Source: Somniosus microcephalus
Lineage: Eukaryota
Direction of reading: 5' to 3'
Length of the DNA: 64,000 bases
Assembly: GCA_052327205.1 (NCBI GenBank)
Contig: CM126214.1
Coordinates: 174,778,001-174,842,000, forward strand
Part shown: piece by piece, positions 40,751 through 53,999 of the stretch
Numbering within the stretch: the stretch's first letter is position 1
Layout of the letters: every line of letters starts with the position of its first letter
Notes under the pieces: model-generated
Told to the model about the DNA's origin: nothing
What the model saw: only the letters and a program-made list of their open reading frames with translations
Database searches by the model: none
Position numbers and translations under genes: made by a program

Positions 40751-41079
40751 ACTCCATTGGGTGTTATATATTGAACATTATTTTTACGTTTGCATACTTT
40801 TTCCATAGTACCGGACATAAATACTTCTTAAAATTAAAGGTCAACTCATTTTCTTCATTACCAAATATCTCTGCAACAGTACTTACAAGACATAAATGAA
40901 TTTTTAAACAATTGTTTAAATTCAGGACTTTTACTCAGAATCTCCTTCAAACGTGGATACTGGTACAGTTTTCCCACAACCTACTGTTGTTCATATGAAC
41001 AATGGTTTTTAAGTTCAGAATATAAATATCAATGAAAGAAACGCAGTACAAAATAAAAAGACCTGAGTCATTCCCACCC

Positions 41080-41395
41080 AAGTCCTCGTGGGTCTGCTCC
41101 TGGGCCGGACCAAGGTGGCCATTGTAGGTCCGGGTTGGATGAGGCCCTCGGGGGTAATCGCTCTGGCTGCCTGCCTCTCTTCTGTGGTCTTGTCCGCGCC
41201 CAGGTGTCCCTGGAGAAGGAGTACGCGGTGTCCGCCAGTACGCTTGATGCCTTCCGCGACCGGTCGGCACCGTAGGGGCTGAGTGCATGAGTTGACACTG
41301 GAAATAATATTATGATTTCATTTATTAAGTTTTTTGTATGATTTGGGTTTTATTAATTGTGCCCCTCTAAAAAGGGGGCACTTTTGTTAGATTTT
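41080..41395 (+). mobile_element. Tx1/L1-clade LINE 3' end
   Basis: GC-rich patch translating LVGLLLGRTKVAI..CLPLFCGLVRAQVSLEKEYAVSASTLDAFRDR, then a T-rich UTR with a GTGCCCC/GGGGCAC hairpin. Confidence 0.65.
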
Positions 41396-42914
41396 TGGGG
41401 GTTGATGACATTGTGGCAACCCAGTGACTCCTTACAGGTAGATTAAAAGAAGCATTCCTACCTGAGTCCTTCCTCGCTTGCTGGTGTTCTCTTTAGCTGC
41501 CTCTGTGTTCAGTTCCTGCCAATTACTATTGTGGGAGATCAGCTAGTATATAACGTACATTTGTTTGCTTTCAAAGTTAACTCAGAAAAAGTTTGAAGAG
41601 TTTATGCTTTACATTGTTCGAATGTTTTAAACTGACACCTACCCACTACTCCATCTGCTAGATCTGCCACAGATCCAAGAAAGCCAATCATGAAAGGAAT
41701 AAACTCCAAAGGCAATTTGAATAAACTTCTAGCAAGTTTCATTATATGTCAAATAATATATATGGCTTGCCTTACACTGAAACTGGATTTGTAAAGTTTA
41801 AACTTTCAAAATAGATGCAAGTTATAACACTCAATCTTATACAGTATCATCAACAAATTCTCACATTACCAGAATGGTTAGTTCCACACATCCCATCTGA
41901 GTAGCATATAATATTATGCAAATTGTACCACTCCTCTATAATAGATCATTATTAATTAGCGTGAGCAACTATGATGAAGAGAATTAAAGGAATTTACAAT
42001 TAAGAGGTCATTAAGCCCATTTATGATCCAGACCATTAGATCCCCTGATACACCCCATTTTCTCATTTTCATTCCAATTTCTACCAACTAAATTATAATT
42101 CTCTGTTTTATATTTTGCTGATCACCTTCTTAGATTCCAAACGGAGGGGCCAATGCATGTAGAATAGATAAATTCACTGTCCGGCTGGACAGATCCCAAG
42201 GTACGCTATTAGTAATTCCCAACTCAACAATTTCTTACTCATGACAGCAGTTTTCACTTTTTCAATCATGTTTTATCCAGCATTTTGGCAAACCTCCAGA
42301 GAGGAACCTCATCTAACATTTTAGAAATATAAATATCTGCTATTCACCAAATCTGCCCTTTACTCACATTTGATAAGACATAAAAAAAAATGACTAACCT
42401 TCCTTGAATTAATTTTGCCTCTTATTTATCAAAGTCTATTTCGACAAGTAGCCTGCGTCTCTTGTTATGGTCTCCTAGCTCCCCTATAGCTAAAGCTAAG
42501 CTGGCCTGTGGTTCCCTGCATTGGGTTTCTACCTCTTCTGCAAATAGTGATAACACATTAGGGTCATCAAACCATTGGAATCCTCCTGGTGTTAAAAAGA
42601 TTTCTGCCAACACTTCCCTATTTTCATCTATGTTTCCTTTAGCAGTCTTAGATTAGGATGAGACGCTTTCTCTTACTCAGTAATGCCAGTTTTACTTGTC
42701 ACTTCAGCTTCTGTTATTGATCTCAACTTAACCCTTTGCTGAAGGACTTGAAATACTCCTTTTGTTCTCCCTAGAAAAAACTGTAAAACACACCTTAGAA
42801 TCTCTGTACTTCTTAGCCCTCTCACATTCTAGACAGATATTTTCATTTTTAAATAGTTTTTAAATTGCATTTTCAATAAGTCCCATTTACATAAAAATAT
42901 TTTACCAGCAAATA

Positions 42915-43133
42915 TGATGATTAAAGGATTTAATAGGGTAGATAGAGAGAAACTATTTCCTCTGGTGGGGGGAGTCCATAATATGGGGGCATAACCTTAA
43001 AATGAGAGCTAGGCCGTTCAGGGGTGATGTCAGGAAGCACTTCTTCACACAAAGGGTAGTGGAAATCTGGAACTCTCTCCCCCAAAACACTGTTGAGGCT
43101 AGGTCAATTGAAAATGTTAAAACTGAGATTGAT
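42915..43133 (+). mobile_element. CR1 fragment
   Basis: RARPFRGDVRKHFFTQRVVEIWNSLPQ. Confidence 0.85.
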
Positions 43134-44316
43134 GAGATGTACTCAAGAGTAAGGTCCCGAATGTCCCTGGTCCTGGGGTGCACTTTCATGTAAATCAGAT
43201 GGAAGCGCAGTGAAGGAGTCTGGAAATGTCAGGTCTCCACTCGGAAGAGCATCGGAGGCCAGTGCCAGAATTCCCACAGCTTCCACCATCTTTCTTTCTG
43301 GAAATCTGGATGCAGAGAAGAAATTGACAACCAGGCTACAGCAGGGATGGAAATGGGGCTGACTGGAGTCCAGGAACATAGGCTACAAGAGTCTGGAATT
43401 GCCTGTTGCAAATTTTTCATTGCCCCTTTTACAAGAGGGCAGAGGCAAATCACACACAAAGATGCGCATTTGGCAGAGCCCCCACCTCTCAACGAGACCC
43501 CCATCCAACCATCCGGCATCTTTTAAAAAATATTGTTTCACACCTGTAACAAACTGTGGCACTTTGAAGTGTGACATTTGGACTGTGACACCTGAAGGAT
43601 ATGCATAAGATGCAAGACTAGAAAATATCCCATGGTGCTGCTTTTGGTAAATCATAGGATGCATTATTTTATAAGGATAGGAAAATTCTATTATATAAAA
43701 TAGAATGTAGGTGCCTGTCCCTTTAAGACTAGAAGAGGTAATTGCTTGGTATTCTTGAAATTAATGGTAGGTTCACTTAGAGTTCAGGTTGCAGATGAGA
43801 ACCCTCACTTTGTTTGAATGACAGGTCAGTTAAGAATTTATAGATATATAATGGAACTGGTATGTTGTTGGAGAATGAAGCAAAACATTTTGAGATTGAT
43901 TTGCATCTGTAAATAAGAGAGCTGAGTGCAGGAGATAGAAAGAATAAGGATACATTTACACTGCTCCTACAGCATGTAAGTATATAGCTGCAACTTGACA
44001 CCAGAACAGAGCAAAGTGAGATTCCCTGAAGGATGGATTCTCACTCTAGTTTGTAGTTAATTCAGGCCTAATCACCAAATTTACACTTCAAGTTACCAAC
44101 ACTAAACTCATGAACTGTGAATGCATAATAAATCATCCCAATTGTAAGAAAGAATGCTTTAAAAAATAGCTTTCCAACATTCCTACTGAGTTTGGAGATG
44201 TTTCATTGATTTCTGTTGGTTTTAACTTCTTTGTGGCCTGCTGTGGCTCTTGGGAAAGTGGGAGCTGGGGAACCAATACTAGGAGTCAATCGTGTGGGAG
44301 GAATGAACCAAACATA

Positions 44317-44932
44317 TGGCCCATTTTCAGACGCGTAACTGGTGTCACACCTCCAGCGCACGTCTGAACCAGGAGGCCCGAGGCTGGTCAGGAATTGGAC
44401 CTCAGGCCTCATTGTAGCAATAGGGGTGAGTTTGCTGGTGCCTGTCCTGCCTCCAGAGGCAGTTCACCCATGTACTTGGCTCAAATTTGAGCTGCATGTC
44501 TTACCGGCAGGGGGCAGGGGACAATGGAGAATGTGAGGGGAGCAATTGCAGGTCCACAGCGACCTCAAGGGTGCCGCTTCCTCTAGCTACACAGGGAGGT
44601 TTAAAAAGAACCAAGTTCACCTTTGGGTGGCAGCCGCTGCTTAGGCCGGGGAAAGCTGCGTGCCAGGGGGCCAAGCGCCTGCTCCGCGTACTGCTGCCCA
44701 AATACCCTGCAGGGGCCTACAATAGGCATTAGATCCCTCATTGACATATGCAAGGGGTCTAATGCCAGTTTCGGGTGGGCACCATAGGTGCCTGGGCAAT
44801 GTTTATGCCAATAGGGCGGCGCTTGTACCCCTGCCGCAGATCGGGCAGGGGACATTGCCCCCTGAAATTGGTCCTGTTTGCGCCTGTTTTATGACCATAA
44901 AATGGGTGCCGCAAGGTTCAATTTCTACCCCA
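44317..44932. mobile_element. GC-rich MITE-like remnant
   Basis: Abrupt GC-rich patch ending CAATTTCTACCCC, a Harbinger-like end. Left TIR unclear. Confidence 0.45.
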
Positions 44933-46774
44933 AAGAGTGCAAACAATGTATTGGGGTTCTTCAACTCTCAAATCAAAAAAAACTTCAGTCTTCCAAGTAG
45001 CACGCACTACTTCTGCTCGGTATCCCAGATCTAAGGGCTCATGGCGTCTTCCCTGTCCTCCGAGCAAAAGTGCATGCATGGAAATGGAGACTGAGATCTC
45101 CCTACGAATCCGTTACACAGTGTAATCATTCTCACCTTTTAATGACCTGACCAATTCTTTAAACGTTTGCTTCCACCAAATATGCCAAATACTAACCTCA
45201 TCATCCTTATATCTTTTTTCTGATTTCTTCTTATTTATTATTTCTTTGTCTCTTTGATTGTCTCCTATACACATTCCATGGTTCTTTCTCCATAATTGCT
45301 TAAAATCTTTGAGGAAAGGTCCCAGAAATGCCACGTGAACATAATCCCAGCAAGTAAGCTGGATTTGCACCTGCTGCGGAACTCCAGCATTGTCCCAGCC
45401 AGAGTGTACAGGTCGGGGGAGGGGCCATCGTCCCGGAACAAGCCATTGGCAATTTGGGAGTGCATCTGCTGTGCCCCACTGCCAAACAACCCAAAAATGA
45501 CAGCAGAAAGTGACTGTCGGTGGGGGGGGGGCGGTGGGGGGGTTTGCAGACTGGGCAAAGGCCATCCCACTGCTAAACTGGTGTGGTTTGCATCCCTTTT
45601 ACACCCGGAAAACAGGCTCAACGCATATCAAATTCTACCCCACTGCCTGTTTCCACGGCTCCCGTACAAAAGGGCCACTTTAAAAAGCGAAACAAAAAAA
45701 ATTCCAGTTCTTTGCACCCTCGGTGGTACAGGCTTTCATCCCACTCTAGGCCCTAGGCGGGCTCCACTTCCACGGGGGTGTCTGGTGACACAAGGCATAC
45801 CTATGCCATCGCTATGCTGGAGTCTGCCAGAATGGCTGAGCAATTTTGGATCAAGATTTTTTGGTGATTTTGCAATCAATCATCTTATCAAATCACATCA
45901 ATCTAATGCTGTTTTCTTAACTCCAAAGGAGATGCATTTCGTGAAGAGCGTTTCATACTTTTAAATTTAAAAATGCATTTTCCATCCACAGACCTCTCCA
46001 ATTTAAACTTCCAACTGGATCATTTAATGATAATTTGCACAGATATGTTCTCCAACCTCCATTTCTCTCATCATTTCTCCATTTCATTGCTAGTTGCTTT
46101 GGTTACCCACTTAATACATTTGTGCTAAGAACCTGTTATGTTGCATATCATTCTGTTTCTTCAGTGAATTGCACCTGTGAATTTTATTAACTAAAGCTTA
46201 AATCACAGCCATTCACTAATGGTGGTATAAAATTTGAACCTGGTTAAAATCAAATAGAGATTCATTTTTTTTACAGTAAACAGCACACATTGATGGTATT
46301 TTTGTCTGTCATTACATATTTTAGTTTAAATTTATGAGGATCCTGTTAAGACAAGCTGTATTTCATTCTGCTTTCCTCTAAAATGTTCCCTGTGGAATGG
46401 TTATTTACAACCGCCAGGAAGTTGTCCAATAATAGTGTCTCAGTACAAAAGGGCATTGGCACAAGATTTCCTTGAATGGCTCTTCCTGTTGTCCATGAGT
46501 GTTACAAAACCAATAAAGACCAAGATGCCTTTTGTTACTGAATAGTGCACGCTATCAATATATTCTTTTAGGTTCTCAGGAGCCAAGGTTCTAGATTTTT
46601 AGTGGAAAAGTAGACATAAGTAAAAAGTGTTGGAATGGAGCACCAGTAATAAGAACTATTTATTTTTTTGATTAGAGCCGGTCATCTAGTCCTATCCCTC
46701 CAAAAATTGATAAACCTTAGCAAAGTGTGTGGGGAGGGGGGAACAATTTAAGATCATTACTGAGGAAGCCGTGC

Positions 46775-47132
46775 ACCATTTGACAGTGGCACTCACACTT
46801 GAGAAGTGCTGCACTGTCGGAGGTGCCGTCTTTCAGACAAGATATTAAACCGAGGCCACGCCTGCCCTCTCAGGTGGGTGTAAAAGATCCCATGGCACTA
46901 TTTCAAAGAAGAGCTCTCCTTGACATCCTGGCTAATATTTATCCCTCAACAAATGCCTAAAAAAAACCATTATCACATTGCTGTTCGTGGGATCTTGCTG
47001 CGTGTAAATTGGCTGCCGTGTTTCCTACATTATAACAGTGACTACACTTCATAAAAGTACTTCATTGGATGTAAAGTGCTTCAGGACATCCTGAGGTCGG
47101 GAAAGTTGCTATATAAATGCAGGTTTTTCTTT
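46775..47132 (+). mobile_element. Deu-domain SINE
   Basis: gtgctgcactgtcggaggtgccgtctttcag...aaaccgagg...gtaaaagatcccatggcactatttc...gctatataaatgcagg. Confidence 0.88.
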
Positions 47133-47671
47133 TTATTGGACATATTTTACAATCACCAAATTGCAATTTGATTTATCTATTTCTGCAGAAAAATGCATGC
47201 ACTCTGTTCTGTTTACTTTTGGACAACTGACACTTTCCTTAACGCACATGAAAAGAAAGGCAGAATGTAAGATATAGTGAAAGTACCTGAATTTTATTAA
47301 ATTATGGAGTGATGCAGCTGAATGTGTCTTGTTTGTTTTGCTTTCTCTAAGCTTTTCATACATGTCCCATAATACTATGAGCTCCCTCAATTTACAAAGT
47401 AGCACCTAGGTGGCTGCACAAATCTGTGCTTATATCTGTTGTTAACCCTCATGTACCTGTCAGAGCCAGGTGTTTAGTGCTGGAGTTGGTGTGGACACCT
47501 TGCCTTCCACAGCGGCACCTACTGTCACTTCTGTAGGGTTATATGATGGCTCAGAACTGCTATTTATGTGACTGCCAACTGGCAGCTTTTGTGCTAGTCC
47601 CCAAATGCTACCGTTGAAGGACATTGCTCATCATGATGAGAATTCTGCATAACCAGAGCATATATCACAAG

Positions 47672-50450
47672 CATAAGACTTAAGAAATAGAAGCAGGAGT
47701 AGGCCATATGGCCCCTCGAGCCTGCTTTGCCATTGAATAAGATCATGGCTGATCTTCTACATCAACTCCACTTTACCGCCCTACCCCCATATCCCTTGAT
47801 TCCCTTAGTGCCGAAAAATCTATCGATCTCAGCCTTGAATATACTCATTGACTGAGCATCCACAGCCCTCTGGGGTAGAAAATTCCAAAGATTCACTATC
47901 CTCTGAGTGAAGAAATTTTTCTCAGATCTGTCCTAAATTACTGACCCCTTAGCCTGAGACTATGCCCCCAGTTTAGGCTCTCCAACCAAGGGAAACAGAC
48001 TCTCAGCATCTACCCTGCCAAGCCCTCTAAAAATGTTATACATTTCAATATGATCACCTCTCATTCTTCTAAATTCCTGAGAGTCTAGGCCCATTCTACT
48101 CAATCTCTCCTCATAGGACAACCCTCTCATCCCAGGAATCAATCTAGTGAACCATCGTTGCACCCACTCTAAGGCAAGTATATCCTTCCTTAGGTAAGGA
48201 GACCAAAACGGTACACAGTACTCCAGGTGTGGTCTCACCAAAGCCCAGTACAATTGCAGCAAGAGTTCCTTACTCTTATACTCCAACCCTAACATACCAT
48301 TTGCCTTCCTAATTGCTTGCTGTACCTGCATGTTAACTTTCTGTGTTTCATGTACTAGGACACCCAAATCCCTCTGAATGCCAACATTTACTAAGCTCTC
48401 ACCTTTTAAAAAATAATCTGCTTTTCCATTCTTCTGACCAAAATGGGTCATTTCACACTTTCCCACCTTATACTCCATCTGCCACCTTATTGCCCAATCA
48501 CTTAACCCGTCTATATCCTTTTGCAGCCTCTTTGCGCCCTCCTCACAGCTTACTTTCCCACCTAGCTTTGTACCATCAGCAAATTTGGATATATTACAAT
48601 CGGTCTCCTCATCTAAGTCATTGATGTAGATTGCAGATAGCTGAGGCTCAAGCACTGATCCTTGCAGCACTCCACTAGTTGCACCCTGTCATCCTGAAAA
48701 TTACCCCTTTATTCCTGCTCTCTGGTTTTCTGTCTGTTAACCAATCCGCAATCCATGCTAATATATTACCCCCAATCCCATGAGCCCTAATCTTGTGTAA
48801 CAACCTCTTGTGTGGCACCTTATCGAATGCCTTCTGAAAATCCAAATGTACTACATCCACTGGTTCCCCCTTATCTACCCTGCTAGTTATACCCTCAAAA
48901 ATCTCTAATAGATTTGTCAAACACGATTTCCCTTTCATAAAACCATGTTGACTCTGCTGAATCATATTATGTTTTTCCAAGTGCCTTGTTACCATGGGCT
49001 AGATTTTCAGTTGCTTGCGCCAGCAGTTAGCGCCTTAAGAGAAGTGATTTTCGGGCGCTATGCGTGTAGCGCCCGGGCGCAGCGCAGTTTGCGCCCCGCC
49101 CCAAATTAAGTTGCCCGTTAGCGCCGGCGCAAAGTTTAGCGGCCGCCCGGATGCGCGCGCAGAAAATGACGTCACATCCTCGTGCAACGCCCTTTGGCCG
49201 CCCCGAATCCAAACTTCAGTCGGACCGCCCGATTGTGCGGCTGGCGTCCAGAGCGTTTGTAAAATGGAACGCAACACACCCTGGGGAGCGCAAATTAAAG
49301 GGCACTCCTCCTGCACTATAAAAGGCAGTCTGCATGTGTTGTGTGGAAGGATCCAGTGTGTTGTTGTGAACGGTTTATTTATGTTTCCGGCCACCACCAC
49401 CACCACCTCCTCCTCCTCCTCCTCCTCCTCCTCCTCCTCCTTCCAGACTCTGCCTTTGAAAAAAACACATGCACCCTTCCCCTTTAAGAGCTCACTGGCA
49501 CCAGAGTGTCTGCCGTGCGCTGCGCCCAAGCGCGGGTGTTACGCTCTGCACCGCCGGCTTAGCGCCTAAAGATAGTAGTGGAACGCCTCTTTTAGCGCTC
49601 CACCAACCTCTTAGGGCGAAGCCACTGAATTTCCGGCAACGGGGCGCTTCTTTGGGGCGGGCGCTAACTTCGGGCGGGCGCTAAGGTTAGCGCCCCAAAA
49701 CTGTCTATACTGAAAATCTAGCCCCATGTCTTTAATAATAAATTCTAGAATTTTCCCTACTACTGATGTCAGGTTAACTGGCCTACAGTTCCCTGTTTTC
49801 TCTTTCCCTCCTTTCTTGAACAGTGGGGTTACATTGTGGACTGTTCCAGAATTTAGGGAATTCTGGAAGATCAAAACCAATGCAGCCACCTCTTTTGAAG
49901 CCCTATAATATAGGCCATCAGGTCCAGGGGATTTGTCAGTTTTTAGTCCCATTAATTTCTCCAGTACTTTTTCTTTACTAATATTAATTACTTTAAGTTC
50001 CTCACTCTCATCAGTCCCTTGGTTCCCCACAATTTCTGGTATGTTCTTTGTGTCTTCTATTGTGAAGACAGGGACAAAATATTTGGTTAACATCTCTGCC
50101 ATTTTCTTATTCCTCATTATAATTTCTCCTGTCTGTGCCTTTAAGGGACCTAGGTTTACTTTTGCTAATCTCTTCCTTTTTACATATTTGTAAAAGCTCT
50201 TACAATCTGTTTTTATATTTCTTGCTAGTTTACTCTCATATTCTATTTTTCCCTCTTTATCAGTTCCTTGGTCATCCTTAGTTGATTTTTAAAACACTCC
50301 CAATCCTCAAGCATACTACTCTCTTTGGCAACATTGCAAACTTCTTTGAATCTAATACTATTCTTAACTTCTCTAGTCAGCCATGGTTGTACCACTTTTC
50401 CAGTGGAGTTTTTATTCCTCCAGGGAATGTATATTCAATGAGAATTATGA
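47672..50450 (-). mobile_element. CR1-type LINE, RT domain plus 3' tail, interrupted by a MITE
   Basis: ORFs containing KSPGPDG, QHGFMKGKSCLTNL, LDFQKAFDKVPH, QGSVL and KFADGTKL, broken by frameshifts. Confidence 0.93.
48996..49724. mobile_element. Harbinger-type MITE (729 bp)
   Basis: Perfect TIR GGGCTAGATTTTCAGT / ACTGAAAATCTAGCCC and 3-bp TSD CAT. Removing it restores the CR1 sequence accatgtcttt. Confidence 0.9.
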
Positions 50451-51725
50451 ATTAACATTTTCATTCATATTAAGGAGCCAATATTAAATAGCTCAAAACA
50501 TTAACAAAGAAAGGCTGCTCTTTCCGAGAGATGGAACAATGGCCATCTATAAGGTCTTTAGAATCTCTCCTTTATAGTTGCTTATAACGGTTCTCCAAGA
50601 AAGTTGAAGGTGACCATGACAAAGCTTTTATATCAACCGTGGGAGCATTCTACTATCCCTATGACCTGTGTAACTCAGGTTGCCATTGCAGATGCTATTA
50701 ATATTGCCATGGTTCTCAAAGACAGCCTTTGCTCTATGACACCACTCACCTGGGAGATCCAAGTGTTGACCTCCTACACACTACCTAGTTCATCCTCCCC
50801 TGTTGTGTTCAAGGAGTCAAGTGATTACTTAATACATTCCTGTTGCTGTACGAGCCGAATCTTGTGTGCGTTCCCAGGATTTTATTAGCGGTTCATTAGT
50901 TTTGACCAAATGCAGATGTTTATCCCATTTTTCAGAAAAATAGGAATTTCTTTATTCTAATTTTCTCTTTGATTACTCTATCTTCTGCTATCAGATATTG
51001 TGCTTTAATCTATACCAAAATCCTTTCATGTGATAGTGTCTCTGGTTATCCAGAATTCTCATCAAGGAATGTTTTAGGACAAAGCCTACATGCCCATTCC
51101 AAGGCAATTTAGAGATCACAATGATCTCTCTCAATAAAGTCACCGACATTTTACGAGTAACTGTCTGGGCCAGTTGTACTTGTACTTACTCCTTATAACA
51201 TTAAAAAATTATTGTTCACAGAAACCTGTTTATATTTAAATAACTAATATAATAATGCTGACTCTATAAAGATCAATCTTATTTTTTACTGTACCTAGTA
51301 AAAATATTGGAAACATTTGGATTTCAATAGCCAGGACACTACTTCCAGTGTGTGCAAAAAAAAATGAAAAGATCAAAGAAGTTACTTCAAAGGGCATGCT
51401 CTTAAAGGGGAAAGTCACATCCAAATGGTTGTTAAGAGTTTTGTCAACCACAAAGAACACACTTTTATCATTTTTAGGTACTGAGAGATTGAATGGTTGC
51501 AATACGGTACTGCAATCATTCTAAACTGGCACTTTCCTTATGTTTAACCCCATCATTCCTCTATGCCCCTAAAATTTCTGAAGAAATATTATAGCAATAA
51601 TTGATAAATGAATTAATAACTAGACATTGTGCATCAAATCAGTCTGCCCCACTGCAAGTGCAGAAAGTTTTATTCTTTTGCCTTTCCATTATATGATACA
51701 GTCAAAAAATAACTGTCATCATATA

Positions 51726-52755
51726 CAGGGAACTTTCGATTTACCGGCACCTAAATAACCGGAAATCTCGGTTAACCGGCAAAATTCAGGAGTAGGTTCA
51801 GGAAGTTGTACTTCATATTACGTGCCTTCCTCGATCTGTTGCTGTGCAATTGGGTGTGGCTGCAGCTGGTGCTAAGCTACAGAGACGCTTGGAACTTGTG
51901 GCCATTGTTCTGCACCTGTTGCTAAGCAACAGGGTTTGTTGTTTTATACGGAGTTCTCAGCTCTCCATGGCCTAGAAATTCAGTGGTGTTAGCACCCACT
52001 TAGCGCCTAAAGAGGTATTTTGCGCCGGCTGTTGGTAGCCTGGAATTCAGTGTAGCGCAAATGGTGGCGTTAGCCGATAGCGCTGCGCCGGCACCGATGA
52101 CGTCATCGGTGTGCGCAGCGCCCCGGTTCCAACGCGATGCCGGCCCGACGCCCAAATTCAGTTGCGGCCGCCTCTCCCGTAGCGGGCGCAAAGAGCGTTT
52201 GTAAAACGGGGCCTTGCAGCTCCGAGAGGCCGGGGCGTAAAGGTGGAGGTGCAGCCGGCCGCTTTCCCGGCGGCCGCTTGGCCGCACCGTCCTCCCCGGA
52301 CTCCCACACCACCCCCCCCGCGGCATTGGCCTCTGACCCCCGCGAGCCCGGCACTTCTCCGTGGTGCCGGGCTCATTTGCCGGGGGAATCCAGCGGCGAT
52401 CTCACGGCTGCAGGCAGCTCCTCCTTAAGAGAAGGAGGAGGCCTGCAGTACCCCAGCCTGCCGCACCGCATCGGGTGGCGCTGCGGCAGCTGGACGCCTG
52501 AAATTGACTTTCAGCGCCCCAAGCGGAGGCGGCCAAACCCTGCAATAGCGCCCGCCTCCGTCTTGGGGCGCTGCAACTGAATTTCAGGCGGGCGCTACGG
52601 GAATCCGGGCGTGCGCTAACTTTCGGGCGCTAAAGACCTGGCGCGGCGATAGCGAATTTCTAGGCCCATATCTTTTACGCTCTCGGTTATCCGGATTTTT
52701 TGATGAACCAGCACCACATCGGTCCCGTTGGAGCCGGATAAAAAAAAGTTTCCTG
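51726..52755. mobile_element. Tigger/pogo-like (Tc1/mariner) MITE
   Basis: TA|CAGGGAACTTT ... AAAGTTTCCTG|TA, with subterminal TTA(A/T)CCGG repeats at both ends. Confidence 0.8.
51969..52666. mobile_element. Harbinger-type MITE (698 bp) nested in the pogo-like MITE
   Basis: TIR GGCCTAGAAATTC / GAATTTCTAGGCC, TSD CAT. Very GC- and CpG-rich. Confidence 0.88.
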
Positions 52756-53999
52756 TATAATGGCCTTGTGTACTCAGCGAACTAAACGTTCATATTTATT
52801 ATCATTCGTTACTTGTTGAATGCTCAAATGGTTTGCATATTACTGCTTCCTTAGGGCAGTACTTATAATTCATCACAAATATTTCATTGTTAAGAAGAAA
52901 CAGAATATAGATCCTCAGCAATAGCATTATAATGCAACAGCTGTTCCAAAAGCCAGCAGCGTTCTTTTTATTTCAGATTTTCTCCCCTCTCCCTCCTCAC
53001 TCTCCTTCTGGCATGGACTCTAAGATTGACTTCGCTTACAAGTATTTGTTATTAGTTAGGCATATATAACATAATGAATTGTTATAAAATGCGCTGCATT
53101 GTTCAGCCCCTGAGTTATGATGGGGCTGAAATTCCAATGGGCCTGCTCCGCTGGTGCACGTGCAGCAGAGTGAGGCTCAGGTCTGCTGACTCCCAGAGAG
53201 ACTGACTCCATCCTAAATTGCGAGGACAGGGTCATTAGCATGATCCAGTGGGCACATCGGTGGCACCCACCCCGATGGAGGCCACAGTGTCGGAGTGGCA
53301 CCATGCCACTCCGACACTGCAGAAGATGGCCACAAAGGCCTGATGGAAACAGTGCTGCAGGACTCTTCAGCTTCCAAAGGAGCTATGGGACCATCCTCTT
53401 ATGTGTTTTGCTTTCCTTAAGCTGGCAAACATAGCAACTTTTTTGATGGTCACTCACCCTAACTGGCATGTCCTCCCCATCTAAACTGTGCTTCTTTGAC
53501 CAATGCCTCTATGCTTGTTGACTCCGCACTGTTAAAGGTTTCAGTGACTTGCCAAATAATCCACATAACGTTGAACATGCTCAACAGGTGAAATTTCTTT
53601 AGCACTTTAAAATACCTTATGTAGTTCACCAAGTTTCATTGCTGCAAAGGAGGAACGCTATCACAATATTATGTAATTTAATTTCATGCCTTACAAGTGG
53701 CCAAGCACTCAACTTGCTTTCTAGATGTATTTCAAGATTTCTTGGGATGACGTGTTTCCTAGCTAAGTGAACTGTTGAACAGCACTTAATTGTCTGGCGT
53801 CAGCAATGATAACTGACGGTGAATGCTGTTTATGTAACGCGGACTGATACAGTTCAATTTTCTTTAGGCAGGAACCAACATTTGACAGAGTCTGGCGAGC
53901 ATCTACGCTGTTGTCAGAGGGGTTGTGGTGCAACTAATGGGGAGTTGTGCATCTCGTCATGCTGCTCAAGAGGAGTTCCTGGTATTACTGTCCACCTAG

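Noticed and set aside
45113-45964. 150-222-aa ORFs
   Set aside because: No recognisable domain. They span a GC-rich MITE-like patch and a G-run.
49027-49684. ORFs with poly-E or poly-S tracts
   Set aside because: They lie within a GC-rich MITE, and the tract is a (CCT)n microsatellite.
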